From Octopus sinensis (Eukaryota), in NCBI RefSeq assembly GCF_006345805.1, contig NC_042997.1, forward strand, positions 179,118,001 through 179,182,000: a DNA stretch of 64,000 bases. Direction: 5' to 3'. The notes under the pieces were generated by a model. The model saw nothing but the letters and a program-made list of their open reading frames with translations, made no database searches and was not told where the DNA came from. The translations under genes were made by a program, and so were the position numbers. Positions within the stretch are counted from its first letter, which is position 1, and each line of letters begins with the position of its first letter. Positions 25,279 to 39,899 of this stretch are shown in pieces.

Positions 25279-26087
25279 TATAAACAAATTAATAATAATA
25301 ATAGTAATGATGATGATGATGATGCTGATGATGCTGATGATGATGATGATGCTGATGACAACGATGATATTTGATTAAATGATACGGAAATTTTTATTTT
25401 GTCGATGACATCTAATAATTAGGAAATAGTGAATCAACAGTAGTTTATCATCATGGGGACTTTTTAAATATGAAAACAATTGTGATTATATTTGACGTGC
25501 GAACATAAAGAAACAAACATTTGTGTATCGAGAAAATCTATTACTGCTTAATTATTTAATTGGTGTTAGTCATTGGACTCTGTCGTTCTGGAGCACTGCC
25601 ATCTGGGATGAAGTCAATTAAGACATCTCCCGTAGTTTATGTTATGAAGCATGTAGATGATGAAACTCAAAATGAAAAACAATGTAATATGTAAACTTTG
25701 TATGCAAACAAACGTAACTAAAACCAATAAATGATTTTGTACGATGTTCTCAGCGTTCTGCCTTCTCAACACCACGCAGTTTCGTACCTTTATAAATCAT
25801 ATTCAACACTGGTAATACTATTAACAAGGGGTGGCCCCTGGAAATACCATCTTTTACATATTTGACGCACGAAAATGAAAGATTGTTGCAATACTTTCCT
25901 TATGTTTCATCCTGGTAAATATCTTAACCATGTCCTCAATTTAATCCCGTAGTAAAGACTGTTTACACCAGAATACACGAACTTTGTTAACAACCATAAT
26001 ATTAAAGATAATGTTGGCTGAGACTCGAATATATGTTAATGTCCACCTTTAAGATGCCGTTGTCTTTGAGTACGTACTCTGTCTTTA

Positions 26088-26434
26088 CTGAGACCCCTTC
26101 CGGTCACGACATAGACCATGGGAGTGCACCTAGAAAGTTACCCTCCCTGGCACAATTCCGAGCAAGGTTGTTTATGGAAGACCAGCAGTCGCTCATGCAT
26201 ACCGGCATCCCCTCTCCATGCCTCCCCTCTCCGCGCCAGTGTTATCCAAGGGAAAGGCAAAGGCTGATACAGCTTGGCACCAGTGACGTCACAAATCATT
26301 TCTCCAGCTGAGTGAACTGGAGCAACGTGAAATAAAGTGTCTTCCTCAAGAACACAACACGCAGCCCAGTCCAGTATTCGAACTCGCAACCTCACGATCG
26401 TAAGCTCGACGCTGTAACCACTGAACCATGCGCC
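26088..26434 (-). mobile_element. SINE family C, full-length copy (tail 1)
   Basis: Reverse complement: GGCGCATGGTTCAGTGGTTACAGCG...GTTCGAATAC...GTGTTCTTGAGGAAGACACTTTATTTCACGTTGCTCCAGTTCACTCAGCTG...GGTGCCAAGCTGTATCAGCC. Confidence 0.82.
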
Positions 26435-26639
26435 TTCACTACTCTGTCTTTAATCCATCGATAATATTACGTAATTGACAGTAATATAAAGTAATAGTTA
26501 ACAACTGCTACATAAGAGAAATACCCCCACAAAACACACATATAAAAAACGAAGTAAAACGTGTGGATTTATGCCTATACTTCATATGAACATCGGAAAT
26601 ATATACCTCCGTTCGGCTAGAAATTATTTCACTTCCTAG

Positions 26640-27551
26640 TGCTTAGTTATGAGGCAAACTGCTTATTTTACTTTCTGCGCAATCATGTTAACAAATCATA
26701 CCCAGTAATTTCAATTGCCAAACAATATGTGCGTCACAGAATTTTCACGAGAAAATATAAATGCAGTTTCTCATTGACTTTCTCCGGGTGCTACTTTTTA
26801 AACTTATCCGCTTGTCAGCTAGATACAGCAAAGTTTATCTTATTTGGTCATGTAATCAGAGAGTTAAAATCTGGAACCATTACGAAGAAACATTTTGTAG
26901 AACGGTTTAACAATTCTGCAAAACCACCACCATTAACTGTTGCTTCCTTTGATGTACTAGTCAACAGTAAGGTTGAACTCATGTTATAAGGTAATAGATG
27001 GAGTACCCCAAGGCATTTTGTACGACGCTCTAAATATACCTTGAATTTATAGCACAAAGTAAAAATCAGTCACACCTTGATTTAAATATTTGATACAACT
27101 GCAGGTAACAAATAAGAATGAACAATAACTCATTTATAAAATACCCGGTCTTCGAATGATGTATTAGTGAAAAAGGACACGTACCTTTGCTAAATATAAA
27201 TCTTCCTACTTCCTACGAATGATACCAAATATTTGAATACATTCGATACTACAAGATAACTTTTTTTTCTCACTAGTGTCTCAGTATTAAGTCTAAATTA
27301 TGAAAAGTGAGGGAAACAAATACGCTAAGAATAATAACATTCATCTTATTGAATATATATCTCTCCATGCGACCTTCAGTATTTCCTTGTGTACAGTCAG
27401 ATCTGTTTGACACTTGCTGGCATATATCATCAAGAAATATTATTTTCTCTTACAAGTTCATAGAAATCAATGTTATTGGAATTGACATTAGCAAAGTATT
27501 CGACAGCATCTGTAATTAGAACGTTCTACCTATGTTATCCGCTTGCAAGCG

Positions 27552-27601
<50 letters not shown>

Positions 27602-28150
27602 CCTACCCACCTACCTATCTGTCTATCGTTATTAGAAAATTTCTGCCAGACCCCTTCATTTCGAAATGTACCGCCGGTTCTTTCTCTAAACCGCAGTTTG
27701 TCAATTTGAATGTGTCCCAATATTTAGTAATGTCTCCTACACCACTCTTCCTATAAATTAACAACTTCCTTCCTGTTACTTCTAATAATACACACTCGTA
27801 TCCAATTGAAGCTGATCATCATATTTGGTATTCTTCCCATACCAATGTATCACCGACATGCAACGAACTCATCTCACGCCAAGTATTTCTGACTAACATA
27901 ATGCTTGATTTAATATCTTGTAAATAACTGTCGAGGAGTATGAGAATTTATTCGCTTTCAATAAAACAAAGGCACATTCATAACTCGTATCAAAGAAACA
28001 GTTCTGTTCTTCATCCTCTCTTATTATAAACAACAAATGATTAAATTTCTTACACTAAATATACAAATATTGAATGTTCCTCAAAAGGAGCTGTAGATTA
28101 CAGAGTCACAATGATTTACTCACTAGCTTATTTGGGTATCTTACAAATGT
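26640..28150 (+). pseudogene. Old, degenerate Jockey/CR1-group LINE RT remnant interrupted by (CTAT)n
   Basis: VIGIDISKVFDSI (~27460-27510) and IRKFLPD...GSFSKPQFVNLNVSQYLVMSPTPLFL resemble RT motifs (LDISKAFD; SGVPQGSVLSP). Limits are uncertain. Confidence 0.5.
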
Positions 28151-30404
28151 TCTTCCCGATCTCTTTCTCTTCTATCGCTAATACATCTTTGATTGAATTA
28201 TGAGAGTAGTTTTCCAGACATATTCACCCAATTTTAACTTTCCAGACCGCAACCCTATGGTATTTTCTAAACCTATTTATCTTCCATGTAGATATCGATT
28301 CATAAATAATTGAAGTTATCATCCAATGTATTAATTTCACCAGTGTATCAGAACTTTCGAAGATGATTAGTACATCCACGCGGTTCACTCATTTATTATA
28401 AAAATATAATGAGAATTTGATGGCTATTCGATTTTAGATATTGTCATAAGATCGTAAAGTAATTGTCCTATTTCAAAACATTTATGGAATGACCTTATTC
28501 ATATAGCAACAAATAAAACTGTGATCGGTGGCGCCCTGGTAACAGCCTTCCAGTTTCTTCGTATATCAGGTAGTCAGATGTCCAATGTGCGTTTTAAATA
28601 GCTTCTTTTTTTTACATCTAATGTCTCTACCTACTCGGAATTTGTTATGGTTACACCTTCGTGGGAAATGTTATACAAAAGTACAATAACAAAAACGCAT
28701 CTTACAATTTACTTCGAGCTGGAATGACAGTACCAATTGCTGTTTATCAATGAACCCTTAGAATTTTCTCTTAACATTAGACCGAGAGTATTAATATGTA
28801 TAATGCAGGAACATGCAACAGTATCAGCTCTACAAATAATAACCAAAATCCATGTTATAATGTGAAAGTCAGCAACGAATTTCAAGTCTTTCGCTCCGTT
28901 CATTACAATTAGAATAACGCTATCGGTGGTGCTTGTTTCTTTGAATGATACAAATAGTTAAGTCATGAAAAAGTAAGGAAAATCAACGCTGCCAGTGTTT
29001 AGCTGTCATTAGGTTTTTTTTATTATAATCTGGCTTAACGAAAACTTTACTAATTATATTATAGCTAGAGTTATTATCAAATGCAGATCTAGGAATTCAA
29101 TGATGCAGCAGCTCTATGATAGCTCCCAGTAGATGAAATAGCAACGTAATCTACTGCACGCTAACGACTTAGTAAAAAAGATGCACTGATTGATACAGTC
29201 AAGAATGTATTGTTCCTGAAAACAAAATGGGCTGGTCATTAATCATTGCTGGAATGTCTTTTCCTATAGATTCGCCTAATTAAATTCGACATAAGTTTAA
29301 GTAATGAAAGCAACATCTGTACAAGCCAAAGAATATATACATATAAATATTAACACTTACCAATCTGGACATAAATATAAATTACTTGAATTACACTTAC
29401 CTACAAAAGATACAAAAATAAAAAAAAAGTTAGAATATTATAAATATCCAAAGTCAAATATATCAATATTTATATTCATTGAAAAAATCCAAAACAAAAC
29501 AACTATGAGAGAAGGGATTAACGCTGATAATGCTCGAGTGATGATAGAAAGTTTTCGGTAATATCTTAGTAATGGAGTGGATTTGTCTGATATCACGATA
29601 CTAGAACAGGCAAGTAGTTTCATAAAGACCTTAAGTTGGAACATGTGTGTAACTGAAGAGAAGGAAGTCTTCAAAAAGATCAAGAAGCATCATAAAAGTT
29701 TTCATGAATTAAAACAGATGGGGATAAACAGTCTCAAAGTCAAGCTGTAGGTGCAAATTAATTTAAAATATGTTGAATTTTATTTGCAAAACTTATAGTT
29801 GAAGGCCTCAGTAAAGAGCAGTATATAATGTTGACGGAATTGTATTGTATTGGTGATGCGCACTTAAGAAAACATTAAAAACAGAAAACAAATAAATCTT
29901 TCAGTGTGTCGTGGGGAGAGTTGGCATCTTAAGATACATAGGATGCTTAAATGCAACAGGTATACACATATGTAAGTCCTTGGTAATAGGAAAAAGTACA
30001 TGTCCAAGTCTTCTTGAAAGATGTTAAAAGCTTATTTTTTAACATTTGGCAAAAAATTAAATTCGCTTGGCTACAACTAGTTTTATTCTAGAATGATTTG
30101 AAAATGTTTTTGCGTCAAACGTTCGAGTAGACTGCGCCCCCGTATAATGCAAAATTCTTATTTTGCGCACGTGTATAGATATGTTAATGTAATGCAGAAC
30201 TACCTGCGTTTCATTTATTGAATTACATTTCATAATACGTATGTTTTCAATTTATATTTCTAGCAATTCATGATACTTTAGGCTTTCGGGAGGTGTAGAA
30301 TCAGTAGATTAGATGTGTGTTATTAGAGGTATGTTACATAGGTTTTGAAGCATTAAATCCTTGAATGTTTTGAAGCACACACATGCACAAACACACAAAC
30401 ACAA

Positions 30405-30451
<47 letters not shown>

Positions 30452-30738
30452 CAATAATATAAATAATATATAAATATGTGCATATATACATACATATATG
30501 TACATACCTACATCTATATGTATATATACATGCATATATGGGTACAGGACATAAAAAAAAAACGTCGAACACAATGAGAAACGAAAACATAAAAACAAAA
30601 ACATGGAAACGAACTTTTTTTCAAGCAACGAAAAAGCAGAGTACAAGACATACAACACAAGGAATATTCCCCTTCTTCATTTGTCCCTGTTTCATCTACT
30701 CCACGTTCCGAAGGTAAGGAAACTCCCCCTCTCTCTCA

Positions 30739-30771
<33 letters not shown>

Positions 30772-31303
30772 TTATATATAGAGAGAGACTGATTCGCGTA
30801 TAAATTTATTCAATCTAACTTGGTCATTAAAATACTGAGCCGTTTGGTAATACATTCATTTCAATCTTACAGTCTACAATATCAAAACTGATGCAAACAT
30901 GTTAGTTACAATATTTACCCTACAGTCACAATCACCGGCACAAGTCCCAACAACAACATAGTTTCCATATTCAACACTACGAATACCACAACCACAAACC
31001 CGACCGATACGACCACCAGTTGTACTAACATTACTTACTTTATCAAAGGTGTGCGATCATAGCGATGCTTCTTCTATCACTGAACCGCTCGCTTTATCAT
31101 CAGTATCAAAGCTATCTTATGAAAGAAAGCAGGCAAACCCACAAAGTAAAAGAATTATGTATTTTACCAACAATAATTCTTATGTTTCACAAAGAAGCCT
31201 GTCCGCTTTTTTCCGTATTTTCCATATGAATTTCTTTCCTCAGCGCCAACATATATTTCTTCTTTTCTTCATCATTATATATATATATAATATTTATACA
31301 TGC

Positions 31304-31395
<92 letters not shown>

Positions 31396-32827
31396 ATACA
31401 TATATGTACCACACACACGCGCATACACACACATATATGTTTGTGTGTGTGTTTGCTTGTGTGTGCGTATGCGTATAAATATTTATATATATATATACGT
31501 ATATTTACATATGTTTATATATTGTATATGTATATAATGAACGAGTGAAGAGATGTGTTTGCATATGTATGCATATATCTTTTTACTGTATGAACAATTC
31601 CAATTTTGCTTCATAACGATAGTACACGCACACATAAATGCTGCTCTATAAATTAGATCTTCAGGTAAAAGTTATCGATTTCCTAAGATCAAGCGAACAT
31701 TTATTTATTTTCAACTACTTTACTTCTGTCAAACAATCTCTCTGATTTGAATTTATAGCCTTGAACTGGGACATTATTAATGTCTATTAAGGAGAATGCT
31801 AGAGTTTCTGACAATAATTCGCTGGTCTAAAAGCCATACGGTATCTACTCATATCTTCGACTTACGTTGAAGTGTTCGTACCTTGCCAGAATCGGATATT
31901 GTGTGCCATGTTTATGGGTAGCTTAAATATGTACCTGTCATATTTTGCATAAATTCTGTTAGCTATACAATATACCACACAATATTTAGTTTAGCCAAGC
32001 AGATGTGTTATATTCTTTATGGCATTCCATCTTCAATCCACATGTCCAGAGCTCGAATCAAGCATAATTTTGATGAGCATATAAAACATACAGAAAAAGT
32101 GTCCAGGTTTTCATTTAAAACATACTCGGTCTGATTCAGTCAACAACAGAGGCACTAAATACTCGTGATACGTGTTACAAATATCAACCAAATCTCCCTT
32201 ATATGCCACGCTTTTTTGCCAGTAACATTTTCATAAAATCTTTGAAATGTTAACGAAGAACTATAAAATCATTCCAAACACTTCCTATGCTTATCCATTG
32301 TTTATGTTAGTCAATTTATGAAAATTCTAGGCACATTATTCGTTTCGTAACTTATGGCGTTCAAAAATATGTTAATTTATTTCTTATATGTTCATGTGCC
32401 GAAGTATAACTATCCATTACATTTTACTAATTTATTAATGTCGTATATGTGAATGCATCCTTGTATATGTACATATGCACGTAAATGTACGTATATATTT
32501 ATGTGTGTGTCTGTGTGTGTGTGTGCGTGTGTGTTTGTGTGCGTGTGTGTTTATGTGCGTGTGTGTGTGTGTACATTTGTATATATGTAAAGGTAAGATA
32601 CACGGATCAATGTGTATAAAGTTAGTAAGTTTCGTGCAGTTAGAAGAGGGTATAGAAAACAACTTTCAGGAACAATAGTGGTTTATTGACGTAGAAGGGT
32701 GTAAAACTCATCGAACTTCGATACAATGAAAAAGTTGTTTTAATAGCTTACAGGTAACAGCAGAATTTGTTGCGTATGCGAAAAAATTCCCAAATTATGG
32801 AATGGAGCAGATATCCATGTAATTATG

Positions 32828-32879
<52 letters not shown>

Positions 32880-34350
32880 TGTATGTATTGTGTGTATGTA
32901 TATATATTTTCCTTCTACGCCCTAAACACACCATCATATATATATATATTATATATGTTCATGTACATATAAAACAATCAAAATAGTACATAATTGAGGG
33001 TTTATATACAATTTAAACACCACTTCGCCTTACTTTAGTGCTACACAGAATCTTGGATTTAGACATGTTAGGCATTATTGAAAATATCTTAGTGATTTCA
33101 AATGATAACATATTTGACATTTTATATAAATTTTGATCGGCTGTGATACATTGAAAAGTAATACATAAATTAAATGGTCGTAATTTATTCAAGTATTACT
33201 TCGAAGTAGGTGCTAAGGAACGAGATGCTCTAAATGATGGTGTGTAGAAGTTGTTTGTGGGAATCATAAAAATAGTTGAGGAGGCAAACAATTTTGTTCT
33301 ATTTCGGCCAAATATTGAATCAAATATGCGATCTTTTATCTTTAGGTACACATACGAATTGATATTTACTGAAGACTAACATAAGACATCACATCAAGAA
33401 ACATTAATATCGGAAGCAAAAAACGTTATGAGAACCATACTTATGTGGAATTGAAAAATGGATATTAATATATAAGGAACATATCTGAGAGTTATGAGGA
33501 TACTGAAGAATGTTGAACACATGGTTAAAGCACAAAAACCAAACATTCAGCACTTAACACTTGCCACAAGAAGAACCGCTACCGAACCCAGAAAAATAAT
33601 AAAAGCACTATGTATAGTCCATTATATGTGGAGATGAAATAGTTACATTATAAAATGATTACATGCTTTCATGAGGGCATATCTGTTTTGAGAATATCAA
33701 GAATAAAAAAAAAACAACGTAAGAAACGATGAAGTATTAAAAGAGGCAAAATACTTCGAAAATGTTCTAATAAAATCAAATAGAAAATATCTACAACGAA
33801 TGGACCGTAAGTAGAAAATAAGATAGTGTACAGACTCAGTTAATTCGAGATAAAGATGGATGGAATGAGAGGAAAAGAGAAAGATTTAGGTGTGTTGGAT
33901 AATATAAAATAAAACTGGACAAGCTCAAAATACTCAACATGCATTAAATGTATATGCATAAGAACAGCGAAAGCAAAAACGAAATTGTGATTAAGAGGAT
34001 GACGATGTCTGATGGTGATAAGAAAGGCTCCTCTCCCAACGCCGTATTACACCCTATCAGTTTACCAAACACTCCACACACTTGAAAGAAACGTACATTT
34101 CAGGAACCAGTATTTTAATACAATATTCTATAACAAGAACTGCAACATACTCTAACATTCCATAAATGTATCCGTATCCCTCTTCAATTAATTTGTAATT
34201 ATGAGCAAGATCTATATCATTTCTTAATTGTTTGACGTGTGAAAGGTGAGATTAGTGAAAATAGGGTGTGATAGAATCATGTACATTCATACACACATAC
34301 ACACGTACTTATATACTTATATATATAGTTACATGCAGTATATGTATGTT

Positions 34351-34413
<63 letters not shown>

Positions 34414-34693
34414 TATATATTCGCCATGTTGGACCGCTGAAATTTACAAGTTTTTTCATTCTCTCTCTGTTCTCTCTTATTCCTTTTTGTTGAAGAGGTA
34501 AGCTCGAAATGTGTAAGATTTTTCGTTTTTCCTGATACTTAAACTACTAGACTTGCCTGTTGATCATACCCCTATATTCGTCTTTTGTTTTTCAATAAAT
34601 TTCGACAATGTATATATATATATATATATGCATACATAAATATATATACATACATACATGCACACATACATAAATATATATATATATATATAT

Positions 34694-34826
34694 ATTATAT
34701 AAAAGGGCTTAGTAAAATAAATTACTTTGCCGCATACTGAACTCATTAGAAATAACAGCTAAAAAAAACTCTAATGAGTTCAGTATGCGGCAAAGTAATT
34801 TATTTTACTAAGCCCTTTTATATAAT
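34694..34826. repeat. Perfect inverted repeat (57 bp arms, 19 nt loop)
   Basis: ATTATATAAAAGGGCTTAG...ACTCATTAGA (34694-34750) is exactly mirrored at 34770-34826. Confidence 0.92.
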
Positions 34827-34912
34827 GTAATAATTTGAATTCGCCTTAAATGGTCCCTTTGCATACTGAATACTTGGTGAAATTGATTAATTAATTAATT
34901 TTACCCTCAATT

Positions 34913-34994
<82 letters not shown>

Positions 34995-37977
34995 TTTCTT
35001 TATTCGTCACAGATAGATAGATAGATATATGTACGTATGTATAAATGTATGTATATATGTGTGAATGGCACACATATTTAATCATTTTATTACGAATCAG
35101 ATTGTTATTGCTGTTAGAAATGTAATGCGTTATAATGTCATTGATGTTGATACCTCCAATCTTTCTCCCGTGATGTTTTTCTTTGTATCCAGCCGTAATA
35201 TATCTAGACATACATTATCTAATGTCTGCAATAGTCGTATGTCCGTTTTCCTTGCCGGTAAGTGTGAATAATTTATCTATGCCTAACTAATGAAAAATAT
35301 TCGCTTGCTTTTTAAGTAATAGTGTATATTTTCATTTTATTTCCTCTCTTTGGGGATTTGGAAAATATTGGTAGGATCGTGTTGGGTTATGGAAAACCTG
35401 TATATCAAAGGTGTAGAAAAGTATAAAAATTAGTTTTGGCAACCCGGTGAGTTTTTCAAGATCTTAAGGAAAATATTAAATTTGACATTCTTGCATTGTA
35501 TTTATCATTCGGCATGATGTTTATGCCATGGCTTCTTAATTTCTTTCCTGGTGGTTTCCTTAGAAGTTATATTTCAATTCTTGTTAGATGTTTCCTATTG
35601 AAAATAGAGTCCACGTACATAAATAACCTTAACTATATTAACTCATAGATTTTACACACACACACACACACTCACACACATACGCACAAAAACATACACA
35701 CACATGTGTATGTGAGTGTGTGTATACACACATACACTTATATATATGTGAACACATATGTATATGTCTGTTTGAATATCAGTATGTTTATGCCTGCATG
35801 TAATATCTATTATATATTAGCATGGATCGGAAATCATGATGTAGGGGGGGTGTTTGAAAAGTTTTGAGTCTTGTATCTTCATCGGAAATCTTCTACGATG
35901 TTTTTTTTAAGCCCCAGACATTTCATACTCTCCTCGTATATCTGATATCAAATTTTGATAAGGATACTATGACTTTGCCGTTTAAACATGTGTAGAACAC
36001 ATATTAATAGTGCCGTTTATTAATATTGATGCTAATGAATTGGGTCTATACCTAGATCTCACAAACACAAAGGACTATTTGTATAGGAGTATAGGAGGCA
36101 CACGGCTTCTGTTATCACTGACCTTAAAGCCACAGAGTCCTAATTGAAGTAATCACCTGGATATATGAACAGAAAATTCCCCACAAATAGAGAACATAGC
36201 CATCAGCGGACAATTCAGACTGCATAATCTAAGCACATTACAATCAAGCCCAGTGAAGATATAATACAAAACTAAAACACAAACAACATAAAATGAAAAA
36301 TAGCCTGTTTCACCAGAAGGAAATGACAAAAACTGGCAAAATACATAAGATTATTTTAGACTGTATTCTAACTCTTCTCACCTTATTAACTGCCGAGGCG
36401 TATGCATTAGGTTTTACTGCGCATGTAGTTATCTGTTTACACTCATATGAATAGCGTGGCGAAAGAATATCATGGAGGCGTTGGATAAATATTCTAAGAC
36501 ATGATATAGATAAAGTATACTTAGTATCCTAAAATATTTTGTAATGGAGTATGAGAAAAAATATTACAAAGTTTAATTCCACTAACGTCGGAAGTGCGTA
36601 TGTGATTTGATAGTGTAATAGTCATAGATGCTATATACAATAGGTAAGTAGCAAATCGATTTCTGAAAATCGTCACTGAAACTAACTTCAACTAAACAGG
36701 TTGGGAACCCAACACAGAGCTACCATATTCAATACCACAGAGTCTTATGCATTTGACAGATACAATAGTAGAGGAAATTGCATGATAAATGCCCAAAGCC
36801 TTTATATTATTGTTGAAATCAATGTTGCTGTGTAAGGTCCTAAGAAGAATTACCTGAAATGCCCACAAAATCTTGCGTTGGATAGAAACAGAAAATCGGA
36901 TTAAAGAGAAAATATTCGGGAGCGTATTATATAATGCCGACATGAAACAAATAAATATGCTGGACCCATCAAGAGACTTAGCGTAAATAGTATATCTACA
37001 ATTCGTTATGATTGAATTATAAGAAAGGTAACTGAATCAGAGTGCGTACAAGAGAGCAAAGCTTCTATTAAATGGAAGTCCAAATAAAGCAACATTAATA
37101 CGACATAATTACGGAGTAGAGTCATTATTGTATATGCATAAAAATAAGCCTTTGTATGTACGCATGTATGGATTTCTATCTATCTCTCTATCTATCTATC
37201 TACTTCTCTCTGTTCATCTATCTTTACGTACATATGTCTATATGTCTACACACACTCACACATACGCATACACACACGCGCACACAGAAATACAATCACG
37301 GACACACACACACATACACACGCACATATATATTATTCTTAACGTCATTAATATTCATAGTGGTTTTTTATTAGTACTTTCCCTCCATCGAACTGGGTGA
37401 AAGATTCGGAACATATATGTACTTATCTATTCTCTTAAAGTATATTTAAATATTAGCATGTGGTAGAAGTTATAGATTATATTATTACTCTATTGATGTA
37501 TTAATTTTGGCTGTGTGTATTTATATATATACGCATGTATGGATTTCTATCTTCCAATTAATCAATCAACCAATCAATCAATCTATATATATATATATAT
37601 TTATATATATTTCTCTTTTCATCATCTTTACGTACCTATGTCTACACACACTCACACACGCAAACACACACATATATATATGTGTGTGTGTGTGTGTAAA
37701 TGTGTGTAGACATATGTACGTAAAGATGAATGAACAGAGAAATATATATCGGCCGAAACTGCAACGATGATCTGGAACTCGACTGACGATAGACAGCTCC
37801 AAATGACCCGTCCTTGTTTTTCCTGTCCCTTTATAGATCGTCTAGCTGTCCGGATGTTTTGTTGCCGCCTGTTCCATTTTTGCTTTGTTTATGTATAGAT
37901 ATATATGTGTGTGTGTGTGTTTGTGTGTGTTTATATATTATGTATATATATATAAAGAGATACATACATACATGTAT

Positions 37978-38042
<65 letters not shown>

Positions 38043-38479
38043 ACTGCCAAGACTAATACATCAATACAGTAATAATATAATCTATAAGTTCTACCACAGG
38101 CTACTATTCAAACATACTTTAAGAGAATAGATAAGTACATATATATTCCGAATCACTCACCAAGTTCGTGGGAGGGAAAATAAAAATAAAAGGCTACTAT
38201 GAATATTAATGATGTTAAGAAAAATAAATGAAAGGATAAAAATAGTACACGCAATAAATTGGCATGGTGCAGGGGTAGGAGAAGAGAATTAAATGCAAAG
38301 ATGATTTGCATCTGAATGACACAAGAGACCCACAGTTCAAAATCAGCAATTTAAATAACCCAAAAGTACAAAGTTCAAACAGAAACAATATAATAGAGAT
38401 ATAAGTCCGATGTTGAAAATAAACTAATAAACAATCAAATCACTCACACACAAAAGGACAAGTAGCCTTTAAATAATAA

Positions 38480-39660
38480 CTTTATATCTCAAAGTGATAT
38501 GCTTAAAGAGGAACGTAATTATGAAAACCAGAAAATGTCAAAAGAACACGAAGAAAACAAAACGTTCTATAAAAATCTAATCAGAAACTGATTTTTCACA
38601 AATACGCTGAAACTGCAAAATAGCAAGAGAAAAGAAGCGCAACGGAACATTGGACACAAATTGGTAGACAATACTAAATCTAAATAAATGGAAATTGAGT
38701 GCAACAAATTATCTTGTACTCTTTTATGGCCATATGACAAAGTGCTTTTCACGATCTAATCGTTTCACTTTCAGTATACTGTGTCAGATCTAAGTATTTG
38801 CGAAACAAGCACGCCTAGATATGTGACATGAAATCATCAGCGTAATTAGGATAGCTAAAGAACTTGAGAAGATGTATGAACTAAGACCCGATGTAGATGT
38901 GCCCCAAAGGACATTGGCAAAAATCTATTGATCAGAAGAGGAAAATAATAAAATGAACCACTTCACTGAGAAAAAAAATAGTACATAGGTACTTAGCACG
39001 AAAACCAGAAACTATAGAAATAATTGATCATTTCGGATGCTTAGCGTAGAATACTGGCAAGTTTTTGACATCCCACTTCTAATGCTACTTTTATGCAATT
39101 CAAGAGCAGGAAAAATCTTTTACGGACATCAAATATAGGGTGTGCAAAACCAAGACTGAAGACATCAACCATATTATTCCGAATTGCGCGAGAATGTCTT
39201 CATGATATTATTGTCCCGAGAGGCACGATGCGGTGGTAGAACAGTCTGGAACAGGATAATTAAAAAGAAAACACCTACAGACAATGTTCACAACATTAAG
39301 ACTGATGGGTCAAAAGCATATTGGTGGAAATTAAAAATTAAAACAAACAAGTTAAAGCACAACCGACTAGATATTTTGTGGGGCCAAAGGGAACAGATAT
39401 GTTGTGTAATGGAAATCAGCAGCCCTTTGGGCACGTATTTGGTAGAAAATATACACGAGGCAGAGGACATCAATGGACCATCGATGAGAAGTTTACACAT
39501 CCAGTACACTTTTACGTTCATACCTATTATTGTTGGAAACATAGGATACATAACCCGTATGGAGCAAAGTATGGTTGCACATAGGTTCGGAAAGCAAATC
39601 CTCAATTCATACACTACAAATGTTAATGATATCTGGGATTAGAAAAATCTGCAAGAATAC
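38480..39660 (+). mobile_element. Degenerate R4/NeSL-like (RLE) retrotransposon remnant
   Basis: CKTKTEDINHIIPNCA...RHDAVV; YWWKLKIKTNKLKHNRLDI; VMEISSP; FTFIPIIVGNIGYIT. Many frameshifts; the 5' limit is uncertain. Confidence 0.65.
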
Positions 39661-39899
39661 CTTAGTATTTAAAGGATAATGAACAAAACAAGGTACTTTT
39701 CTACACATCTTTACAACTAAGTTGGTGGCTGCGCAAAATTTATTCCAAATTTCAAAGTGAGAGAGAGAGGGAACATACATACATACATAATACATACATA
39801 TATATATATATATATATACAAACAATTATCCAATATATGTAACTATACATAGGTATTTTCACATGAAATGTCGTATTTGAAATGTAACAATAACATGTT

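Noticed and set aside
28709-28903. Short hydrophobic ORF as a receptor exon
   Set aside because: No recognisable motif and no convincing splice sites.
35838-35940. Possible mini-mariner (GGGGGGTGTTTGAAAAGTT ... TTTCATACTCTCCTCGTA)
   Set aside because: The termini are only loosely complementary and there is no supporting copy in the window.
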